A stretch of DNA of 56,073 nucleotides, counting the filler, from Basidiobolus ranarum (Eukaryota): assembly GCA_040143965.1 (NCBI GenBank). It is 6 parts of 6 records of this genome, joined end to end, with 100 filler letters (N's around TTAATTAATTAA, not from the genome) between each part and the next. Parts side by side here need not be neighbours in the genome. Positions count along the whole stretch, not along the records: positions 1 to 9,277 come from JASJQH010007723.1; positions 9,378 to 18,650 come from JASJQH010007724.1; 4 more parts are not named here. One strand, written 5' to 3'. This document shows, piece by piece, positions 1-13,472 of the stretch. The notes under the pieces were generated by a model. That model saw only the letters and a program-made list of their open reading frames with translations. It ran no database searches and had not been told where the DNA came from. Within the stretch, counting starts at the first letter, position 1. Every line of letters starts with the position of its first letter. The position numbers and the translations under genes were made by a program.

Positions 1-675
1 CGTGACGTTCAGCGCACAATTCGAGACCAGCCTAGTACCTACTTCTCTATTCAGTTACAAGACTGAGCGGTTGTGCTCACCTGGTGACCAATTCAAATCG
101 AACACAAGCCCAAATCACTTTCGTACAACCAACATCGATTCCCGGTTCTTGGATCCTATATCAATATCCAGATCGGATGATGACCTAACTATAAGGTTCA
201 CAGAGAGCTTTTGATTTAGTAACTCCGAGTTCGGTCTGGACTTAATCCTCAGTGTTTTCCCACCCTGCCATGTTGATATATCCTTTAATGTAAGTTGGAG
301 GCATCTAGTGGTGTAACAGTGAGTATAGTGGACTGATCCTTTCTATCCCGTTAGAAACCAAAAACGACAACAACCAGAGAGTAGTTATCTAAGGTTGATC
401 TGTGGAGTTGCCATGGCGAATGATATTATAACCTTTCTTCATAACAGATTTGAGAATCTCGAGTGGCGGTATCGATGGATGGACAGATCGTAGGAAATAT
501 TACCAAACGGAAGCATTATGTCGTAACCAGAGTTTGATGGATTGATTACCTAAGCCATAGGGTCAACGTTTTGTTATAAGCTTAGGCATGATTCCTATAT
601 ACATACATCGAGTATCTTGGTAAGCATATAATGCTTATTAAAGTAGGGCAATATACGGAACCAACCAACCGATTT

Positions 676-739
676 GGCTTGTTTAGCTCAATGATTGAGC
701 ACACGCATCTTGAGTTTTGAATATTGTTTACCACAAGCC
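676..739 (+). pseudogene. Degenerate tRNA-like relic
   Basis: GGCTTGT (676-682) pairs perfectly with ACAAGCC (733-739) as an acceptor-like stem. The D-arm-like TAGCTC-AATGATT-GAGC and a T-loop-like TTTGAAT are present, but there is no usable anticodon arm. Confidence 0.3.
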
Positions 740-1195
740 CTTCTATATTTGATCCTTCTTTTGTTAATCTTTAAATTGTCTATTTCCCTTCAGATAATCC
801 ACATATTCTATTGTTAACAACACAGCCCTACTCAAAAACCAGCAAGCATATCTCAAATGTAATCGGCTCCAACTTGCTTCTAAGTCTGGATGTAGATGTG
901 ATTATTGATTGAATGACCCTCTCAGATATTCAAAATAATCGGAATCTAGAAAAGGTGGATAATTTTTGCATCCGGATTTACAAGGTGTATAATAGCTATT
1001 TAGTTAACTTGATTGTTTTAACGCAAATACTTAGATTTTGGATTATTATGTGACAACGGCTTTATCTCTTTTTTCTTCACAAAAATTGATAACTTCAACG
1101 TACCATCAATTATTCATCGTAGAAGCCCTACTTTGTATGTACGTCGTTGTTTGCCCTGGATATTTCTCTCTTTAATCAACAGTATTTGCAATCTA

Positions 1196-2434
1196 ATGGA
1201 TCCTTCAACACAACCTTTTAAACGACCGCGTATTTATCAAGAACCCTTGGAAAGCTCTTGTATCTTCGGCTCCATTTGGACTGGAAGCGAAAAAGAAAAT
1301 TTCTTTAGAGCTCTTCAAAAATATGGAAGACGCGATGTTAGAAGAATTGCCAACAACCTGAAAACAAAGAGTTATATAGAGGTTGGCTTATATTTGGATC
1401 TTTTGGAGCGTGGTGCTACCGAGAAAGATGGTCAAGGTATGTGCGCATAAAGTAATATCTGTAGATAACTTCTGTTGACGTTTAAAGTTATTGAATAAAT
1501 AGATTCTGATTTAGAAGAGGAAGAAGAAGACGAAATGAATTCAGTTCATCCTAGTGCTCAAGATATATCTACTGTTACACTGCGTGTCGAGGAACGACAA
1601 GCTAATAAACTATTAGAAGCAGAAGAAAGAAAAGCTATTAAACGCGCAGAAAAAGAATTTAACACTAAACTTACGGACGAGGAATATAAAAAAATGGAAG
1701 TACTTCACCTTGAAAATGCTCTCGATTTATCCAGTTTGTAATTATTTGTTTCTGTATACTATTTTTTCCTTTAACATTATTAATATGACTATCAATTGGG
1801 TATTGACCACTAGGCTTTATATGAAGGAAGATTCAGTGATTTTAAAGGGTTCTTTTTTGGAGATGTACAATTGTCTAATCAGGTTTCTTGTCCCTTTAAT
1901 AAGAGATGTTATTGTATTCGCAGAGGAGCATGTTTTCGATTCTGCGTCGCGGCCACAAAGCAAGATGGTAAGTTTAGACACCTTTATTGGATTTTAGCTT
2001 GCGTGCGTATGTCTAATATGTATTCTCACTAGGTTCATCTTAATGATGTTCGCAAAGCACTCCTGTCACGTAGCGTAGAATTCAACCGAGACTCCTTTTT
2101 CATTCGACTAATCGAGCGTTTATCGAAAGAGGGAAATCTTGTTGAAGACTCGGACAGTGATTCTGACGAGCCCCTCATTAATATTGGTCGGCGGAACGTA
2201 CAAGAGGATATCGGGGTCACCATTGAAAGCGAAAACGATAGTACTACCGATGATGATGAATCCTCACATGAAGAAGCAGACTCTACCAGTGAGAGTGAGA
2301 TTGTCGAGCCAGATACATTTAGTGATCCTGAAAATACCTTAATTTACGTCAATAGTGTTCAAACTGATGAAGAGAGTGATTCGGAACTTTCTCTAAAAGA
2401 TGAAATGCTTGAGACTGAAGACTTTGAGATGTGA
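1196..2434 (+). CDS. RRN5: SANT/Myb-domain protein, Rrn5-like (RNA polymerase I upstream activation factor subunit); 4 exons: 1196-1436, 1503-1737, 1814-1967, 2033-2434
   Basis: The Myb-like motif SIWTGSEKENFFRALQKYGRRDVRRIANNLKTKSYIEVGLYLDLLE resembles fungal Rrn5. Three GT-AG introns join into one open frame ending in an acidic tail and TGA at 2432-2434. Orthology is recognised from the motif, not from a search. Confidence 0.65.
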
Positions 2435-2838
2435 TGTGTGCTGCTTTAATTGTAAATATATTTAGTAAATTTTTTACGTCCAAGCCTCTTGTCTGTATAT
2501 GTGGTCGTTTCCTATAGTTGGCATTGTAATACTACAAACGCTGTTTCGAATTCAAATCAGTAGTCGTTTATTTATTTTCAATACCGCTGAGGTATATCTG
2601 TTTGAGTATTTGATTCTATGTACCAAGTAAAATGTTGCAATTATTTGATGTCTTTGTATCCGATGAAAGTGAAAAATAAGATCAAATTTGATAAAATACA
2701 ACAACCAATCACAATACGGGAAATTTTTCAATCGCTATACTGCCAACATGGGGTGGGTGTTAAAATCATCAGAGTTGCTTACTGTAGGACTCCTTCTCTC
2801 TCGCTCCCTTTGCGGTCGTTTGATAGTATTCGTTAATC

Positions 2839-3371
2839 ATGGTATGTATTTTTTTTTACACAGTCGCTACACTGTTTATGAGAAATGTATACCTTTCGAG
2901 ATTTATCCATTTCGTGAATAACATAGTACATGCAATATGTGATGTTAATTTAGTGTTGAACGGATGGATCAACTCTTAAGTATGGATGTACTTGCTTGTA
3001 ACTGAACCTCTGTCTTTCTTAATATTTGATTTGCATCAGCTGTCTCTTCTCCAACTGGTTTAATAACAAACATATTTACAATATAATAGACTAAGGGTAC
3101 TCAAAGTTTCGGAAAGCGTCACACCAAGTCCCACACTCTTTGCCGTCGTTGTGGAAGTCGCTCCTTCCATAACCAAAAGAAAACTTGTGCCAGCTGCGGT
3201 TATCCTGCTGCCAAGATGAGAAAGTTCAACTGGGCTGAAAAAGCTAAGCGTAGAAGAACTACCGGTACTGGTCGTATGAGACATCTCAAGGGTGTTAACC
3301 GTCGCTTCAAGAACGGTTTCCGCGAAGGTACTCAAGCCGAAAAGCTCGCTCCTAAGGCTACCACTGCTTAA
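2839..3371 (+). CDS. RPL37: 60S ribosomal protein L37 (eL37); exon 1 = ATG only (2839-2841), intron 2842-3089, exon 2 3090-3371
   Basis: The spliced translation [68 protein letters not shown]...GFREGT is unmistakable eL37 with its C4 zinc finger. It is missing from the ORF track because the ATG is spliced off. Confidence 0.97.
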
Positions 3372-3914
3372 ATTTTACTGAATTGATTTTACTACGACTA
3401 TTGTTAGTTGTTCCCAATTCTCAATAAAAACTATAATCCCAATATCCTTATCTCGTAATAAGCATCAACGCCGCATCTCTTTGTTTGCAAGTACTTTTCT
3501 TTAGCTAACATTATTGCTGAAGATTATACCATTTGTACATATGCAATTCAAACATTCGGTTCTTCATATTAGGTAGTAATGGGGTGATTGTTAATTGCGA
3601 TTTATTACGGTTTTATTAACAACTGTAAGCTAGTGTCTTAAAACTGGAATCTGTTGAATTTTCGATTGATTCTGTGAATTCATCAAAAGACGATGAAAAT
3701 ATACAGTCACTTGTTTCCAGGCAGAGTGAGAATACAATCTAAAACGAAGTTTCTTTTAAACCGCCACTGTTATCAATTATTGACTTTAGGAGACATATTA
3801 ACCTAAAACTACCCTGAATTAGTATTGAAGTTAGTTGTTCCTTGGGTCTAACTTGAACAGCATTTGAAAGTTTAATTCTGTCATATTTCTCTTATCTCGA
3901 GTAGCCATAGCAAA

Positions 3915-6173
3915 ATGATTCCGATAGTTAAACTTACAACAAGACCTTATCCCGGCCAACACAAATCTAGACATTCCGAAATCAACGATATACTAGTTGC
4001 TCGAGAACTTAACCTCAATACTTCCCCATACTATTTTCGACGTAAAATTTACGGAAACGTTGACTTAACCACGAGGTTGAAATTACACAATAAACTTGAA
4101 GGTCATGATGGTTGCGTTAATACCGTTGCTTGGAATAAGAAAGGTGACCTAATTCTCTCGGGCTCAGGTAAGTTCTCTACTCGTTGTTATAGCATATATT
4201 TTGGTCAAGTACTGAAGTGGGGTACTTCTAGATGATTGTCATTTAAATATTTGGAATCCTGAACTAAGTTCTCCTTTAATTGCTTCTATCCCATCGGGTC
4301 ATCAACGAAATATCTTTTCCGCCCACTTCCTTGCAAACTCTAACGATCGAAAGATTGTTTCGTGTGCGATGGACGGAGCCACTAGGTTTACTGATTTGGA
4401 CGTATACGAAAGTAGACGTGCTTCAGACTCATGGAACCCTTCTCCTGCTTTTCATTGCCATACTGACTTGACTTACGAAGTTGCTCCAGACCCTATTGAT
4501 CCTAATGTATTCTTTGATTGCTCCGATGATGGTAAAGTTAACTCCTACGATTTGAGGATTCGAACCAGTTGTAACTGTCAACAAGGATGCGAGCGCCACA
4601 CCATACTGAATATAAATCCTGAAGATGCCCTCATCTCATTATGGGGGAATAACCTGAAAGGTATTTTGGCCTTTATTTGGTGACCCATTGGTCTCTATTC
4701 CGGCACTAACTTTGTCTTCTCAAAATTGCAAGAGATTAGAGGAATGAATATTAGGCCAGACAATCCAGTATACTTTGCAGTCTCTTGCTCGGATGATAGT
4801 GTGCGGGTTTATGATCGTAGGTTTGTGTCACGCACCCAACGACCACCGCCACATGTATATGGCTTTGTTCCAGGTCATATACGCGAAAAACACGCTAATC
4901 ATGCTTCTTCTCGCTTATGGAGATTGAACGATGGCAATCGAATTACTTCACTCAAATTTGATCCTTCAGGAACTGGAGAACTTCTGATAAGTTACAGTAG
5001 AGACATAATACGTTTGGTAAAACCAGATTTGGGAACTGGCAACAATTTGAGTGCTAATAAGCGAGACCAAAAAGACGCCACTTTTACGGCGAGCTCGAGA
5101 AAAAAGAATAAGGACTGCAGAAGAGCCGGATCTCCGAAGATGGGAGAAAGCGAAGAGGTTGGCACAGGTAAGGTGATAAGCCTATGTGTATCGAGAATTT
5201 ATAAACGACATTTAACTGTTTTGGATATTTTCTTTAATTCTCATGTATGTCTTTTCAATAGGTACACCAACTTCCCTCATGGATACATCGGGTGCTGGAT
5301 CGGATATTGACAATGAAACCAGCCCGAAAACAGAAGTCAACGAAGATTATAAGAGAGCCGAGCAAACATTGAATGAAGTGCTTCCAGCATACTCCGAAGT
5401 TGTCGAACCAGGGGCTTCCGTTGTCTGTTCATTTCTTTTCTCTGTTGTTGAAGCATGATTTCTAATACAGCCATTATTAGCCCGTTGATTTTCCCCAAGG
5501 CACCATTCGTGATCACACAGCCGCACTTTTGGGTTTGGATGATGACGAAAGTGATGACAGTGATGTTATTACCGAGGAAAGTAGAGGTGATATAGATACT
5601 GTTCTTGGAGGAGAGGATGATATTGTTCAATGTTACGGTGGGCATCTCAATTCAGAAACTATGGTGAGGGGAATTCATTTCAGTAATGCCATTGCATATT
5701 TAACCATGGTATATTTGAAAGATCAAAGAAGCCAATTTTTATGGGCTCAACTCCGAGTATATCGTATCTGGCTCTGATGATGGCCGGATCTTCATTTGGG
5801 ATAGATTTAATGGAGAGATCAAGCACTTATTGATAGGTGACTCGGTCAGTGATATATGGTTGGATTTTCTTTTTCTGAAAGCTAACTTTAAATGCTCTAA
5901 CAGCGAGTGGTAAATTGCGTTCAGCCTCATCCCTTTGATCCTGTGTTGATGAGTTCAGGGATTGACAATGATATCAAGTTATGGTACCCTGAGGCCACCT
6001 CATGTTTGGATCAAACATACATACAAAGCATTGTTCGACATAATCAAGAAGTCATAGCAAGGGATCTTGAAGAAGAAGATTCAAGGATGATCGTTCTACC
6101 TTCCGGAATGATCCTACATATGATTGCAGCATTCAGTGAACGTGGCGGAAGAGACCTATTCCACTTTGAATAG
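3915..6173 (+). CDS. WD40-repeat DDB1-CUL4-associated factor (DCAF8/DCAF6/Iqw1-like), multi-exon
   Basis: Motifs read across introns: LEGHDGCVNTVAWN...ILSGS|DDCHLNIW, SGHQRNIFSAHF, YGGHLNSETM|IKEANF, YIVSGSDDGRIFIWD and VVNCVQPHPFDPVLMSSGIDNDIKLWYP. First intron 4168-4231. Confidence 0.88.
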
Positions 6174-7084
6174 CTCCCGTAACCTATCTCTTCTGATATC
6201 TACATGATTCCCAGTCCCCTTCTCCAACTAAGAATTAGGCTATAATCTCCAATTAAGCAACATGTCGCATTACTAAATATCATCCGCAAATAGCCCTTGG
6301 CTTAAGTTTTTACATACACTCGTTTATACTAACCTTCACCACCAAACGAAACAAATAAACCATCTAACTTGTCCATAAATATGGTTGTTGAGCTACTAAG
6401 CTTTTTTTCAAGCTTTAGCACAGTAGCAACTATACGTGCTTTATTACATCTTACAATTTGATGATTACTTATATGCTTTGCCCAGTGTGACGGGAAGAAG
6501 CTGCCCAAAGACTGAAAACCATTGGATGTGACATATTTAAATGTGACTGCTTTGACTGCTTTTAAAAACGTATCCACTAGAATGAAACTAGGGTTTTTTG
6601 AAAATCAAAGATAGCGATCCATATCTGGTCTATACGTAGTATTGCCGAGATCTCATGGTGGTAAATCATTGATAACCCTTTGTTTGTGAACCTTCAGATT
6701 GGTTGTAGATTATTTTGTTTATTTTCATAACCTGGAATGTCTGGTATAATTGGTTTATTTACTTCCTTTGAAGGCTTATTAGGTGGTGCATACTGCGAAG
6801 AACCGATCTCAAAGAAAGGTATGATTGGGAATGTCATCATTTTGAAAGATCTACACGAAGCGACAAAAGTTCGACTATAACTGAATCTAATCTTATACTA
6901 GAGAATAATCAATGAACAAACGTCAAATTAAAACTGTCATTTATCCGCAAAGAAGTTTTCATAGGCTTCGAATATACAAAGTAGCTATCATGGCACTGGA
7001 AACATTCAAATAAATGGGAAAAGTAATACAAAAACCACATTTTAGCGGAACAAGGTTGGCGATAGTACCATTGATTCATTTCAA

Positions 7085-9277
7085 TTAAATGCGTAGTGGA
7101 AGCTTTAATTCTGGGAAAAGTGACATTAGTACTTCATCTAAGATTGTATAAACTAAATGCTCATTTAATCGACGGTTCTGAAACAAAGTGAATACTCGAC
7201 GAGCCCCTCGTCGGGCATTCTCGCGGCCAACCATGTTCCCAAGTGATTCTAAAGATTGATATTAGTTGAGGTAATATAATCTCAAAAACTCATAAAGAAA
7301 TGCCATACCTGGGAAAAATGTGGAAAGTTTACGATTCGCTGTTTCCTTAGTTTGAATCTTTTCTTCGAATGTACGTTTTTCTGTAGATTTAGGCCACTCA
7401 CCATTTGGCCATAAAGAGTCACGGATCATGTTGATCCATGTTGCCATAGTTTCATCGGTAAGTGTCGACTTCATAGTGGATTTGATTTTTCTATTTAAAG
7501 AGATTGCCAAATAGTTAACAGCTTGGTTGAAAAGAATGCCTCCTGATTTCTTCGGCGCAGTATACAAAAATATTACTTACCTTTCTATGGTTCCCCCTAA
7601 AATTTGCTGTAAAACGATCACCACTGCTTGGCGTCTTAACCAGTTATTCTTCTCTTTCAACTCAAAAATCTCTATAAACAAATCGCACAGAGGTTCTGTC
7701 AATGATGTGATTCCTTCGTTTTCGATAGGCTGTAAACCTATGTCAGAGGGTCCCGAGACTGTAACTACTGATGTGTTGGTCAGTCTAGTAGGGTTATTTG
7801 GGTCTTCTATGCCAGATTCGTTAAGCATTGTGACTTGCTGACCCAAGCGATGGGTAACAATATCAATAGTGGATTGTCCGTTGAACATGTCATCAATCCC
7901 TTCGGCAACTGTTTGATATATGTGCTTCATGAAGCCGATGGACCGTTTCCGACGCAGTCGACTATGCAAAACTTCAGTATTATTTTGATTCGTCAGAGAT
8001 AGATTTTGCTGACAAAAGAAGGCTTTGAACTCTTGTGTTTTACAGACATCGTGGTTTTTCACCAGCAACTATTAACAACCATTCACGAATCAACCGAATG
8101 TACGCATATGATCTGGTTAGTTTATAAATACCCCATACCTGTAAGTATCTTTCCAGGGCCATTCTACGAAATTCCACGAAGCTTTTGTGAAACTGGAAAG
8201 CCACTCTTTTTCCTGGAAACTCATATCTACACACATCTGGAAATTTGGCCTTCAGCAAATGATGAAGGTCGTAGAATTCACTATAGCGACGCGTCACTAC
8301 CCAACCTGATGCATATGTACCATCTGAGGCCTTTTGATGAACTTCAATCACGTATAAAACAAAATCCTTAGTTCCATCGTTACTTATCGTACAGCTGGTG
8401 ATATTCACGGTAGTGCGACCCTAAATTGTCTATTAATGGGCGAGTTTAAAAATTAAAAGCATGCTTAGAATTGTTTTACAGGTAAGATTGAATTTTCAGC
8501 TTCTTGGATTTCATATTGAGTTTTTTGATAGGTGGTCTCTTGCATCTCTCGACGCAGAGCAAGCTTCGATTTTTTCAGAATCCTAAGCTCATCCATTTTC
8601 CCACTAGTCTCAGCTTTTTTGATGAGTGTGTCAACGATAGCTTCTTGTTGATTGATTTTATCTATTTCTTCAGTTAGTCTGGAAATCTCATTGGAAAGCA
8701 TAAGATCACCAGGAGGTGCCAAATGAACGTTGTTAGCAATGCTAGTAGAATCATCCTCTACTCCAGTTTCCTGGGCAGGTAAGTCTTCTGAGGAGTCGAT
8801 GGAGTCATGTTCTGAATCTGAATTAGGATGGTCAGCAAACTGAACTGCTTGATGTTTCACTAAAATTTTTATAACAGTCAATAACTAACTAATAATCCAA
8901 CCGATAGAGTATAATACAGGAATTCACCTTTGGGATTTCTTGTTTCTTCTGATTCAGAAGCATCTCCAGTATCCATAATAGTCGATAGTGCGGCTTCCAC
9001 CGCTTCTATGGCATCAGTTCGAAGGAGATCATCTTCTTTGAAAGTGATTCGCAACCCTGGGGTAGAGGGATTTTCAAGGAGCTCTTGTTGAATCGGAGCT
9101 AGTCTTGATGGCCCAGCAATAGCTTTGGGGGTTCGGAGCATTGAAGAATGCTGATAAGAGGAAGCAATAGACCAATTATCACTCTCAGCAGGGCTAAATG
9201 GGGCTAAGCTACCAGCACGACTTCTACTGTTGAGAATCCCAGCAGGAGCTCTCTTTGGTGTAGAAAATGGGTCTGAC
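7085..9277 (-). CDS. Sorting nexin with PX and Nexin_C domains (Mdm1/SNX13-14-25 family); 5' part missing at the contig end
   Basis: PX motif FVLYVIEV...GWVVTRRYSEFYDLHHLLK...RRMALERYL, then PLCDLFIEIFELKEKNNWLRRQA, DSLWPNG and a terminal exon NMVGRENARRGARRVFTLFQNRRLNEHLVYTILDEVLMSLFPEL. Stop at 7085-7087. Confidence 0.85.
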
Positions 9278-9377
9278 NNNNNNNNNNNNNNNNNNNNNNN
9301 NNNNNNNNNNNNNNNNNNNNNTTAATTAATTAANNNNNNNNNNNNNNNNNNNNNNNNNNNNNNNNNNNNNNNNNNNN
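9278..9377. other. Artificial contig linker (N44-TTAATTAATTAA-N44)
   Basis: Six-frame stop spacer flanked by N runs; identical at five places in the window. Confidence 0.99.
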
Positions 9378-9771
9378 GTTAATACAATGGTGGGCTTTGA
9401 TGAAGATATTTTTACAAACTTGTATTGGGTATGAGCTAAACCTTGGGTATGAAGAACTCTATAAAAGTATTCAGGAGAATATATCAAAAAGACTAGGGAT
9501 TTCAAAGGTGACAAATTAGCATTCAAGTGGTAATTGTGCAAAATTTGAGTTATGTTTTTTGCACATGTGTTGATCCATAGTTCTCTGACATTTTAGCCAA
9601 TTATTTGCAACTATTTTGCGAGATCTTGAAATTTCACTCCTGCAACTGAAAAAATTGATCAAAATCAAGTCTAACTTGACAATTTTATGATGGTAAGTAA
9701 ATAATCAACCCCAAATGGATTAAAATTGTGATGGTTTTCCTACAATAAAAATCCTCAAATTTCTGTTAGGG
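9378..9771 (+). mobile_element. Right end of a CACTA/EnSpm-like DNA transposon
   Basis: Homologous to ~20235-20633. Ends in TTTCTGTTAGGG, the inverted complement of the CCCTAACA start seen at 36052 and 46524. Confidence 0.65.
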
Positions 9772-11671
9772 AAAATTGGACCAAAAAAGCCAGAAATATT
9801 TTTTTTTGGGATATTGCAATGGAACAAAAGGGTACAGCTATATGACACTGAAAATAAGAGGCTAATTAAGTCAAGGGATGTGGAATTTGCTGAAAAAGAA
9901 AAATTTTCTATCAAAACAATCCAGGATCAAGAAAAACAACAGAAAATTGATGCAAATTCTTCGTTTTCTCACCAGATGCTGATCAGTGAGAAAAACATTG
10001 AAAATTCCTCACCTGCAGTCTCTTCAACCAAGCCTGAGGTGGTTACATTGCCTAAATTTGTACCAGAAGTTGGGATGCCAATTTCTCATCTTAGGAGATC
10101 CAATTGGATGAGATCTCCCCCTGATTACTACTCTCACACTAGCCAAAAGGATCCTAGTGCTAATTTATCCTTTTCTGATGGGGCCAAATCAGTACAGGAG
10201 GCTATGGAGAGTCCCAACATGGAGTTTTGGAGTGCTGCAATGGCAGAGGAGTATTAGTCACGCATAGATAACCAATCTTGGACCTTGGTTAAGTTACCTG
10301 ATGACCAAAAATCAATTGGACACAAAAGGGTGTTTAAAGTAAAACAGCAAGCTGATGAATCTGTAGAAGTATATAAAGCAAGGCTTGTGGCTAAGAAATA
10401 CTCTCAAATGGAAGGAGTGACTACAATGAAACATTTGCACCTGTAGCAAAGTTCAATTCCATCAGAACCATACTAGCAGTAGCATCAAAACACAGCTGAA
10501 AAATCCATCAAATGGATGTTAAAACTGCTTTTTTGAATGGCAACTTGGAAGAGGATATATTCATGGATGAACCAGATGGTGGATCCAAAGCACCCTGAGG
10601 ATGTGTGTAAGCTACAAAAATCACTTTATGGACTTAAACAAACACCCAGGGCCTGGTACACTAAGATAGACACATACTTGAAATCACTTGATTTCCAAAA
10701 GAATGCAGTGGATTTTGGGATCTACTTTCAGACAGATATAGACAGTCTGGTGATACTTGCCTTATATGTAGACACTCTGATTATAGCTACCAATATTGAT
10801 GAAGCTCTCTGGAACACCAAAAGCAATCTATCACTCCAATTCAGGATGACCAATTTAGGTGAACTTAGAATTCAAAGCTAGTAGGAACTCCTGTAGATCC
10901 AGGTGTTAAACTAGTCAAAAATCCCATCAAAAATGATGAAAATTGTCCAAATATGGCTCAAAGTATGTCATTTGAAAGCCCTGAGCTCCCTTAACAATCT
11001 ATGGTTGGTAGTTTGATTTATGCTGTGACTGTAAATTGGCCGGATATCCCTTTTGCAGTGGGAGTAGTCAGCCAATAAGTGGAAAACCCAGGATCTGAGC
11101 ATTATGTAGCAGTTAAGTGGATTTTCAAATATTTGAAGGGGACAATTGATCTGGGATTAAGATACACTTATTCTTATGAGAATAAGGATCTAATTAGGTT
11201 TAGTGATGCAGATTGGGGAGGCAATATTGAGGACAGACAATCTATCACTGGATATACCTTTCTCTATGGTTAAGCAGCCATATCTTGGAATAGCAAGATA
11301 CACCTACCATAGCACTTGCAACAACTGAAGCAAAAAACATGGCAGCATCACATACAACCAAGGAGGCTATGTGGTTAAGGAAACTGTTCAAAGACTTGGG
11401 CATTATTCAAAGTTCACCCACCATAATTTTCAAGGATAATCAAAGTTGTATTTCTTTAGCTAAAAGTCCCAAATTTCATGCTAGAAGTAAGCACATTGAC
11501 ATTCAATATCACTTTGTTAGGGAACAATTGCGACTAAGCATGTCCAATAACAGTACTGTCCAACTGGGGACATCATTGCTGATATCCTTACCAACCATTA
11601 CCCCAACTAAAATTTGGAGAATTAAGATTTAAGTTAGGATTAAGATTCATGAATATTTAGTTGAGTGGGAG
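9772..11671 (+). mobile_element. Degenerate Ty1/copia pol (post-integrase region, RT, RNase H) with polypurine tract
   Basis: Motifs LIKSRDVEF, YKARLVAK, IHQMDVKTAF, LQKSLYGLKQTPRAWY, LYVD, FSDADWGG and DNQSCISLAKSPKFHARSKHIDIQYHFVRE, with many stops and frameshifts. PPT-like GAGTGGGAG directly before TGTTG. Confidence 0.93.
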
Positions 11672-11940
11672 TGTTGAAGTTGATTGTCTTTATCATATTG
11701 GTTATCTCTATCTTTATACACCTAACTATTTCATATATTACATATAAGTTAGTTAACATTGCATAGTCAAATATCACTTAACTGAAAATTGGAACATGTA
11801 CTATATATATATGTGAATAATGTGAGAATTGGCAATTCCATATTAGAAATTTTGAACTTGTGTAAATTGTATCAAAAATAGCCCATTTAACTCCCACAGA
11901 TGTTCTGGACATAACCCCAGTGTTATTTTTCTGTATATCA
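11672..11940 (+). repeat. Copia 3' LTR (family A), truncated by a DNA-transposon fragment
   Basis: Starts TGTTGAAG after the PPT. Reverse-complement match to 47496-47872. Confidence 0.8.
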
Positions 11941-12449
11941 TTAGTTTGCTGGTAAAGCATATTGATGTTGTTGAGTTATGTCTAATTAGGCAAGTATATG
12001 CATATGTAGAGACAAATAGAATGGGATTCTTGTATTTTTTGATTCTCATTATGGCTGGAATACAAAGCCTACAATATCTAAATAAAGGCATGCATATTAA
12101 TTTGAATTCCTACAGCAGTAGAACCAATAATTTACCATTTGAAAATTATATTTTTGCAAAAATTGCCAGATATTGAATAACACATGCCAAATTTGAGGAT
12201 CCATACTTTAACATGTATGAATATTGTCAAAATACCATCAAGAAACCACTGTCACACCATCAAAATCCCTGGCAGAATGCAAGCCACCAATATTATGATG
12301 GTTCTCTGATGGTTTTGCTATTTTGGAGTGTGGATGCAATCCAGATCAAATTGATTTTATTTTTGTTAGTGTAAGTAAATGATCAATCCATAATGGATTA
12401 AAATTGCAATGGTTTTCTTACAATAACAATCCTCAAATTTCAGTTAGGG
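11941..12449 (-). mobile_element. Inverted left end of the CACTA-like element (to 12371) abutting a 78-bp right-end remnant (12372-12449, + strand)
   Basis: 11941-12371 is the reverse complement of ~36052-36480, with a CACTAACA terminus at 12371. 12372-12449 matches ~9695-9771. Confidence 0.7.
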
Positions 12450-12549
12450 AGGTCTTAGTTATATTAACCTTTGACTTTTACTTTCATCTTGACTTCTTTA
12501 TTTAATTTTGTTGTATGACTTGAGATAAATACAGAATACACCTTGTGGT

Positions 12550-12821
12550 GCTTTTCATCCCCCTATGAATTGGAATGTATTTAGAAAATTTTTATCAACT
12601 TAAAAGTTCTCAGATATATGGTTTTTGCAAACTTGTGATAGAAGCCTCAAACTTAGCACACATATTTCTGGGGTCTTTCTTTGCACATTATACAAATTAG
12701 TTTGCTTACATCTTGACAAAACCATTAATGTCATCTTTTATTCAATAAATTGATAAGTGAAAGCTGTTGGCACATCTATCTCTCCAATCCACTTCCAACA
12801 GGTTCTCAAAGTACTTTAGCA
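12550..12821 (+). repeat. Partial copia LTR (family B)
   Basis: Similar to the 3' two-thirds of 34581-34927 (...CCACTTCCAACAGGTTCTCAAAGTACTTTAGCA). A further fragment lies at ~13165-13300. Confidence 0.6.
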
Positions 12822-13054
12822 GCAAGTAGTGTTATTGTATTCTTTGACTCTCACTTCAGCTGGAATAATTATGCTGATAATAATAAACATTATGAATACT
12901 AAAAAACAGTGTATCCAAAATATTCATGCTAAAGGCCAAATGTTTATTGCTAGAAAAAGGCAGATTCCAGGATGAAGATTGTGAATATGGGATTGAATTA
13001 ATGATAATATATTTGCTTCAGACAATACCAGAGGAATTTTGTAAGAATACCATT

Positions 13055-13163
13055 GGGTAATCCACGTAAAAGCAGCCAAAATCCAAGTGGATGGTTTTAT
13101 TCTGGCTCTCTAATGGTTTTCTACCAATCTAATCAGGATCCAATCCGGGTTATTGGAATAGGG
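13055..13163 (-). mobile_element. Terminus of a second, related CACTA-like family
   Basis: The reverse complement begins CCCTATTCC and shares CCGGATTGGATCC and AAAACCATTAGAGAGCC with the CCCTAACA-family left end. Confidence 0.4.
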
Positions 13164-13472
13164 ATATTGTACATGTTTGTTTGTTTATATCTTGACTAAA
13201 TATAAATGACGACTTTCTACTCAAAAAATCAATAAGTGAGAAGTACCAATTCTTCTAGTTCTCCAAACCACTTTCAACAAACTCCTGAAACACTTTAACC
13301 GAAATAAGAGTTGGTCACTTCATGTACAAATTGTATTACAGATATCAATTGTTTGGTAAAATCGTGCGACATCTCAGGGTTTTAAACTTGCTTTGGTTAC
13401 ATGAGAGTGTTGGCTCGGCCATTGGCATATTCATTGTTCCTCTGTCAGTGGACCAAAGTATAGGAGCAGGTA

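Noticed and set aside
2-214. ORF at the window start
   Set aside because: Could be the last exon of an upstream gene, but it has no recognisable motif and no start context is visible.
3060-3335. 91-aa minus-strand ORF
   Set aside because: Antisense shadow of RPL37 exon 2.
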